Shown here: positions 58,256-64,000 of the stretch, piece by piece
Numbering within the stretch: the first letter of the stretch is position 1
Layout: every line of letters begins with the position of its first letter
Notes under the pieces: model-generated
Told to the model about the DNA's origin: nothing
The model's database searches: none
Seen by the model: only the letters and a program-made list of their open reading frames with translations
Position numbers and translations under genes: made by a program
Origin: Armatimonadota bacterium
GTDB lineage: Bacteria > Armatimonadota > SYMT01
Assembly: GCA_041690135.1 (NCBI GenBank)
Contig: JAWLHY010000002.1
Location: 464,332-528,331 of the forward strand
Reading direction: 5' to 3'
DNA length: 64,000 bases

Positions 58256-58287
58256 CCTACCACCCCGAAGCGGCGCACGTACGATAA
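58246..58287 (+). pseudogene. RelE/ParE toxin N-terminal remnant
   Basis: 'MRLTYHPEAAHVR*' overlapping the antitoxin stop; starts like ParE toxins, then ends after 13 aa. Confidence 0.5.
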
Positions 58288-58387
58288 ATGGCCTATATTA
58301 CAAGTCGCAATCGGATCCGAATGTCGCCAGAAGGCGTGTGGCGGAGTGGGCCGGGTCCCGTCCGGAGAGCCTGCGGAAGCGGCACCT

Positions 58388-58535
58388 GTAGGGAACGTCT
58401 CGCTGCAGCGTTCCGCCGTCCTGGGGCTGGTCCCGTCCTGACCACTCGTAGCTGTCGCGTGTCAGGAAGGGTCCGGATTGGCACAACGTGTTCAACAACA
58501 ATGCCTACGGAATGGAACGGCGTCACATTCCCTAC
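58388..58535. repeat. GTAG-family REP doublet (REPIN-like)
   Basis: GTAGGGAACG...CGTTCC (58388-58414) and inverted GGAATG...CATTCCCTAC (58509-58535). Confidence 0.55.
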
Positions 58536-59026
58536 CCTCTCCGTCTCTCAGGGCACGTCATTGGCCCGAAAGGCTTTCGTGGTGGCTGCGATACCGCATT
58601 AGGGGGAACTGTAACCGACTTCCCGGATGCACTTCACAGCAGACGTCGGATAAAGGCGCAAGAAGCTTGCTTGGCAGCATGACTTCCGGCACCCAATGGA
58701 CCGCAATAGAGCTGGCTCGTGGCAGACGGTTCAGCCACGAGCCATCTCTGTAAGCGGCGCGTGGGTTCTCGCCTGCTCCACTCCCTGTCCGCAATCTCCA
58801 TACTCGGGAGGTGCCTTTCCCGTCCCAAGTTGATACGCTATACCGTCCGGAAGGAAAGGGGCAAGGCGTAGGGCGAGGAAGAGGGCATTAATGGCTGAAG
58901 CCAGGTGTCCGTGTAGGGAAAAGGGATGCACGATGGGCGATTGGACGCAACCGAGTCCCCGGATCGTGCTTCCGGATATCCGATTTGCCCATTTCAGTAC
59001 AGGTGGTGCATCCCATTCCACGCCTG

Positions 59027-59089
59027 CCTGAAGACCTGACCACCTGAAGACCTGACCACCTGAAAACCTGACCACCTGAAGATCTGAAT
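59027..59089. repeat. 8-mer array (CCTGAAGA/CCTGACCA alternating) ending at the serA ATG
   Basis: cctgaaga cctgacca cctgaaga cctgacca cctgaaaa cctgacca cctgaaga tctgaat ATG. Confidence 0.85.
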
Positions 59090-60703
59090 ATGACGGAGTT
59101 GATCGAAGAGACGCAGCCGGCCCGGTTCCGGGTCCTGGTAGCGGACAAGATTTCCGAGGAGGGCGTCAAGCGCCTTCGCACGGCGGCGGAAGTGGACGTC
59201 GCGACCGGCCTCAAGGAAGACGAGCTGGTTGCCCGCATCCCCGCGTACGATGCCATGGTCGTCCGCAGCGAAACGCGGGTGACCGCCCCGATTCTCCAGG
59301 CGGGTGAGCGGCTCAAAGTCGTGGCCCGGGCCGGGGTGGGGGTCGACAACATCGACGTGAATGCCGCCACGGCCTGCGGCGTGGTGGTGGTGAACTCCCC
59401 CGAGGGGAACACCATCGCGGCGGCCGAGCACTCCATCGCGATGCTCCTCTCCATGTCGCGCAAGATCCCCGCGGCGGCGGCCTCCCTGGCGCGCGGCGAG
59501 TGGAAGCGCAGCCAGTTCGTCGGCGTGGAGGTCTACAACAAGGTCCTGGGCGTGGTCGGCTTCGGCAAGATCGGCCGGGAAGTGGCGCGCCGGGGCCGCG
59601 GCCTCGGGATGCGCGTGCTGGCCAGCGACGTCTTCGTTTCGCCGGAAGTGGCGCTGCGCGAAGGCGTGGAGCTGGTGGACCTGAATACCCTCTTCGAGCA
59701 GGCGGACTACATCTCCGTCCACACGCCGCTCACGCGCGACACGCGGGGTCTCATCAACGACGCCGCCTTCGAGCGAATGAAGGACGGCGTGCGCCTCATC
59801 AACTGTGCCCGCGGCGGCATCATCGACGAGCCGGCCTTGCTGCGGGCACTGGAATCCGGGAAGGTCGCGGGCGCGGCGGTCGACGTCTTCGAGAAGGAGC
59901 CGCCGCCGGCCGACCACCCGTTCATCGGCCATCCGAAGATCCTGGCCACCCCGCATCTGGGCGCTTCGACCGAAGAGGCACAGGTGAACGTCGCCCTGGA
60001 CGTGGTGGAGCAGATCCTGGCGATTCTGGACGGCCAGCCGCCGCGTAGCGCGGTGAACATGCCCGCCGTGAGCGCCGAGGTCCTGGCTCGCATCCAGCCG
60101 CACCTGAAGCTGGGAGAGAGCATCGGCCGGCTGCACGCGCAGCTTGCGGATAGCCCTATCCATGCGGTCTCGGTCTCCTACAGTGGGGATCTCCTCAACC
60201 TGGAGGTCGGTCCCATCACCCGTTCGGTGCTGGTGGGCCTGCTCCAGCCGGTGCTGGCCCAGAGCGTCAATTTCGTCAACGCGCCGTACATCGCGGAGCA
60301 GCGCGGCATCCGGGTAACGGAGAGCAAAACGGCGGGAGATGAGGACTACCCCAACTACATCTCCATTGAGGTGGAGGAGAGCACGGGAACTCACGTGATT
60401 GGCGGCACCGTGCTCGGTCAGAAGGACGTGCGGATCCGGCGGATCGACGAATTCCACATGGATTTGCAACCGGAAGGCCACATGCTCTTCGCACGCCACA
60501 CCGACCGTCCCGGCATTATCGGCAAAGTCGGCACGCTGCTGGGCGAGGCGAAGATCAACATCGCCGGCATGCACGTGGGCCGCGAGAGCGCGGGCGAACG
60601 CGCCATCATGGTCCTCACCGTGGACGAACCGGTGCCGGACCAACTGCTCGACCAGATCGCTCGCGACATTGACGCGGAATTCGTCCGGGTCGTCGAGTTA
60701 TAG
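59090..60703 (+). CDS. serA: D-3-phosphoglycerate dehydrogenase (type I, ASB + ACT)
   Basis: 'RAGVGVDNID', 'GFGKIG', 'INCARGG', 'DVFEKEP', 'TPHLGASTEEAQ', ACT 'DRPGIIGKVG'. Confidence 0.97.
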   Translation: MTELIEETQPARFRVLVADKISEEGVKRLRTAAEVDVATGLKEDELVARIPAYDAMVVRSETRVTAPILQAGERLKVVARAGVGVDNIDVNAATACGVVVVNSPEGNTIAAAEHSIAMLLSMSRKIPAAAASLARGEWKRSQFVGVEVYNKVLGVVGFGKIGREVARRGRGLGMRVLASDVFVSPEVALREGVELVDLNTLFEQADYISVHTPLTRDTRGLINDAAFERMKDGVRLINCARGGIIDEPALLRALESGKVAGAAVDVFEKEPPPADHPFIGHPKILATPHLGASTEEAQVNVALDVVEQILAILDGQPPRSAVNMPAVSAEVLARIQPHLKLGESIGRLHAQLADSPIHAVSVSYSGDLLNLEVGPITRSVLVGLLQPVLAQSVNFVNAPYIAEQRGIRVTESKTAGDEDYPNYISIEVEESTGTHVIGGTVLGQKDVRIRRIDEFHMDLQPEGHMLFARHTDRPGIIGKVGTLLGEAKINIAGMHVGRESAGERAIMVLTVDEPVPDQLLDQIARDIDAEFVRVVEL

Positions 60704-60715
60704 AACACCCTTTAA

Positions 60716-62122
60716 GTGCCTGAATCCGGAAACCGAAAGCAGGGGGCGGGAAACCACGGCGAGCCAGCCTCGCCTTCCCGCCCTCTGCGTGTTCCGGATG
60801 CTCGACAGCTCACCAAACAGGCGCGGGTCCGGGCCAAGCAGGCGGTCCGCAAGCAGGTGCCGGGCGGGGCGCGCCACGCTTTTCGCGTGGACATCACCGC
60901 CATGTTCCTGGCCGGTCTCTATACCGGCGCCGTTTTCCCGTTTGCGGCCGTCATCGCTCGCGACGACCTGAATGCCAGCCCGCTGATCCTGGCAGTGATG
61001 ACGGCGGCTCCCTTCATCGGCAACCTGATGGCCCTCTTCTGGGCCCGGGCCATGGAGGGCAAGGCGAAGGTCCCGTTCGTGAAGTGGTCCCACCTGGGGG
61101 CGCGCTTCATGATCTTGCTGGCGGTTTTCGCGTCCGGGGCCTGGCAGTTCGCCCTTGTCGTCTCGCTCTGCCAGATCATCGGGAGTATTGCGACTCCGGC
61201 CTACGCCGCCATCATCAAGGAAGTCTACCCGGCCGAACAGCGAGGCCAGATCCTGGCGTACAGTCGCGCCGCCATTCTGGTGGCGCAGATCATCAGCACG
61301 CTCGTAGCCGGCTGGCTGATGGGGTTCGTCAGCTACCAGTGGGTCTTCCCGTGTGCCGCCGTTATCGGGATCATCGCCGCCTTCGTCTTCGCGCGCATCA
61401 ACCCTTCCGAGACGGACGCCGAGACGGTGGAGGAGTTGGAGAAGCGTCCCGGCGCCATGGAGAAAATGAGGGACACCGCCTCCTTCATCTGGAGCACGCT
61501 GGGCATCCTGCGTGAGGACCGGGCTTTCCGCTGGTTCGCCCTCTCCGTGTTCACCTACGGGTTCGGTAACCTGCTGACCGTGCCCATCATCCCGCTGGTT
61601 CAGGTCGATGAGTTGCACATCACCAAGGCCCAGCTCGCGGTGATGTTCAACCTCATGCAGGTGGTCGCCATCTTCTTTTACTTCTATTGGGGGCGCTTTG
61701 TCGACCGCCGCAGCCCGCAGCAGGCGGTGGTGATCAACGTCCTGCTCAACTGCCTGGTCCCCATCGTCTACATCGCCACCGGCTTCTTGCCGGGCGCCAA
61801 TGCCTGGGTGCTGCTGCCGGCCTACATCGTGAGCGGCATCGTGCTGGCGGGGATCGACCTCTCCTACTTCAACGCCATCCTCACCTTCTCCGGCTCCGAC
61901 AACGTCTCCCGCTACCAGGCGCTGCAGTCGTTCCTCCTCGGCATCCGCGGCACCATCGCGCCCCTCATCGGCAGCTTCATGGCCGTGGCCCTCCGTGCCC
62001 AGGGCCAGAACCTCCGCTGGGCCTTCGTCGTCGGCCTGGTCTTCATGCTCACCGGCGCCTGGATGCAGCAAATGGCCATGCGCCGCCAGGCCGAACACAA
62101 GTTGCTACTGGACCAGGGATAG
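60716..62122 (+). CDS. MFS transporter
   Basis: 12 TM segments in two halves, 'YPAEQRGQ', 'WGRFVDRR'; start uncertain. Confidence 0.88.
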   Translation: MPESGNRKQGAGNHGEPASPSRPLRVPDARQLTKQARVRAKQAVRKQVPGGARHAFRVDITAMFLAGLYTGAVFPFAAVIARDDLNASPLILAVMTAAPFIGNLMALFWARAMEGKAKVPFVKWSHLGARFMILLAVFASGAWQFALVVSLCQIIGSIATPAYAAIIKEVYPAEQRGQILAYSRAAILVAQIISTLVAGWLMGFVSYQWVFPCAAVIGIIAAFVFARINPSETDAETVEELEKRPGAMEKMRDTASFIWSTLGILREDRAFRWFALSVFTYGFGNLLTVPIIPLVQVDELHITKAQLAVMFNLMQVVAIFFYFYWGRFVDRRSPQQAVVINVLLNCLVPIVYIATGFLPGANAWVLLPAYIVSGIVLAGIDLSYFNAILTFSGSDNVSRYQALQSFLLGIRGTIAPLIGSFMAVALRAQGQNLRWAFVVGLVFMLTGAWMQQMAMRRQAEHKLLLDQG

Positions 62123-62293
62123 GCGGGATGGGTGAGGCATACTCTTTCCAGCAGCGTGCCCGATCCGTCCGATCCGACGCATCCGATGCACACCCATTCC
62201 GCCCCTAGCACCCGAACACCCAATACCCAATGCCTGAATGCCTGAACGTTTACCCCCCACAGGGGGGCCTGAATGCCCGTTCGCGTTGCACTC

Positions 62294-62322
62294 TTGACAC
62301 CCCCCTCGGCATTAGTTATGAT
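62294..62322 (+). promoter_or_regulatory. Sigma70 promoter of the tRNA gene
   Basis: TTGACA-N17-TATGAT. Confidence 0.8.
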
Positions 62323-62335
62323 GGGGCCACAACTT

Positions 62336-62407
<72 letters not shown>

Positions 62408-62425
62408 CTTCCATTTCTTCCACAG

Positions 62426-62462
62426 AGAAGCTCCGCCCTTGCGGCGGGGCTTTCTTCGTTTT
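62426..62462 (+). terminator. Intrinsic terminator after the tRNA
   Basis: aagctccgcc-cttgc-ggcggggctt followed by a T-rich tail. Confidence 0.75.
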
Positions 62463-62509
62463 ACTGACCGACAATCGACGTGTTGCTGCTCGACGAGTGG
62501 AGGGATCGC

Positions 62510-63955
62510 ATGCGCGTTGCTGTAGTAGGGACCGGCTATGTAGGCCTGGTGACCGGGGCTTGCCTGGCGCACCTGGGTCATGAAGTGACCTGTCTGGACA
62601 CGGATCCGGCCAAGATCCGGTCGATTCAGAGCGGCAATCTGCCGATTTACGAGCCGGGCCTGGACGAGATGGTGGCGGAGTTGCAGGGCAACGGACGCCT
62701 GCGGTTCGTGGATACTTACTCCGAGGCCATTCCTACGGCGCAAACCGTGTTCATCTGCGTCGGCACACCGGCGCTTCCATCGGGTCAGGCCGATACTTCC
62801 TACGTCGAGTCGGCCGCGCGCGAGATCGGTCGCCATCTCGGTCCCGATTACTGCGTCTTGATCAACAAGAGCACCGTGCCGATCGGCAGCGGCGACTGGG
62901 TCGGGATGCTGGTCCGCCAGGGTTTGGCGCAGCGAGGATACGCCGCCGTCCAGGCGGGGGGCCGTGCCGAGGCACTGGCTTCCGAAAAGGCGGCGACCGC
63001 TGTAGCGGAGCGCCAGGCCACGCCCACCCCGGTCGAGGCGGGTAACGGCAATGGAAAGCCGACCAATTTCGATGTCGTCTCGAATCCGGAATTCCTGCGG
63101 GAGGGCACGGCCATCGAGGATGCCCTGAACCCCGACCGGATCGTCATCGGCGCGGAGAGCGAGCGGGCCGTCGAGCGGATGCGCCAGCTTTATGCGCCGC
63201 TGCTGGAGCGCAACCTGAACGCCGGGCGTGAAGTGCCGTTCGTGGTGACGGACCGGGCCAGCGCCGAAATGATTAAGTACGCCTCCAACGCTTTCCTGGC
63301 CACCAAGATCTCCTTCATCAACGAGATCGCCAACATCTGCGAGCGGGTGGGGGCGGACGTGAAGGAAGTGGCGCGCGGCATTGGAATGGATAACCGGATC
63401 GGTCCCGGCTTTCTCAGCGCCGGCATCGGGTGGGGCGGCTCCTGCTTCCCGAAGGACCTAGCCTCGCTGACCCACACCGCACATGAGTACGGCTACGAGG
63501 CCCACTTCCTGGAGATGGTCCAGGAAGTCAACCGCCAGCAGCGCTACGTGGTGATCCGCAAGCTGCAAGAGCGCCTCAAGCTGATCAAGGGCAAGACGAT
63601 CGCCATCTGGGGCCTCGCCTTCAAGCCGGGGACCGATGACCTCCGCGAGGCTCCCGCTCTCGCCATCATCGCCCGCCTGAACGAGCTCGGCGCAGCCGTC
63701 CGCGTCTACGATCCGAAAGCCATGGAAGGCGCCCGCCTCCGGGGCCTGCAGGCGGAGTTCTGCGACGACGCCTACGCCGCCGCCGAGGACGCGGATGCCG
63801 TGGTGCTGGTGACCGAATGGCCTGAGTTCCGTGAGCTCGACTGGCCGCGCGTCCGCACCGTCATGCGCCGCCCCCTCATCGTGGACGGCCGCAACTCCTT
63901 CGACCGCGCCACCCTCCTCTGGCACGGCTTCGACTACTGCGGCATCGGCCGCTAG
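62510..63955 (+). CDS. ugd: UDP-glucose/GDP-mannose 6-dehydrogenase
   Basis: 'GTGYVG', 'KSTVP', 'SNPEFLREG', 'AEMIKYASN', 'GGSCFPKD', 'GLAFK...DDLRE', 'DGRN'. Confidence 0.95.
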   Translation: MRVAVVGTGYVGLVTGACLAHLGHEVTCLDTDPAKIRSIQSGNLPIYEPGLDEMVAELQGNGRLRFVDTYSEAIPTAQTVFICVGTPALPSGQADTSYVESAAREIGRHLGPDYCVLINKSTVPIGSGDWVGMLVRQGLAQRGYAAVQAGGRAEALASEKAATAVAERQATPTPVEAGNGNGKPTNFDVVSNPEFLREGTAIEDALNPDRIVIGAESERAVERMRQLYAPLLERNLNAGREVPFVVTDRASAEMIKYASNAFLATKISFINEIANICERVGADVKEVARGIGMDNRIGPGFLSAGIGWGGSCFPKDLASLTHTAHEYGYEAHFLEMVQEVNRQQRYVVIRKLQERLKLIKGKTIAIWGLAFKPGTDDLREAPALAIIARLNELGAAVRVYDPKAMEGARLRGLQAEFCDDAYAAAEDADAVVLVTEWPEFRELDWPRVRTVMRRPLIVDGRNSFDRATLLWHGFDYCGIGR

Positions 63956-64000
63956 TCCTGGTGTATTGAATTGGGTTTCGCGATGACCCTTCGGGTCATC

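Overview
High-GC bacterial chromosomal segment, probably Armatimonadota. That placement is an inference from the DUF1559 prepilin-type gene with an '[12 protein letters not shown]...DGHVKW' signature, the Planctomycete-type DUF1501/DUF1549-1553/DUF1592 genes, and futalosine-pathway mqnD. It holds about 40 protein genes and tRNA-Arg(CCG). I saw no cas genes, CRISPR array, integrase or intact transposase. Housekeeping genes (mqnD, map, guaB, rtcB, serA, ugd) are mixed with accessory modules, and the intergenic DNA is rich in 6-, 7-, 8- and 9-bp tandem repeats and small palindromes. Main observations: (1) a homologous ~90-110 aa in-frame cassette (QNRYGL-x16-LRTAAAxDPxGSxY...RNTQY, padded with heptamer repeats) sits at two different sites in two different DUF1549/DUF1553 proteins, with mostly synonymous differences in the conserved blocks; (2) a BlaI / M56-vWA / TPR / ExbB / ExbD / TonB-like-vWA operon in which the sensor and the energy-coupled protein carry the same type of vWA domain; (3) an orphan sigma28 + NarL regulator + FlgM-like module with sigma28-type promoters and no flagellar genes; (4) a eukaryote-type IMPDH; (5) a Macro-DUF4062 (TIR-like) fusion; (6) a nested double-hairpin MITE/REPIN and a covarying GTTTA-hairpin family inside 8-mer arrays. 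All family assignments come from motif recognition by eye, not from database searches.
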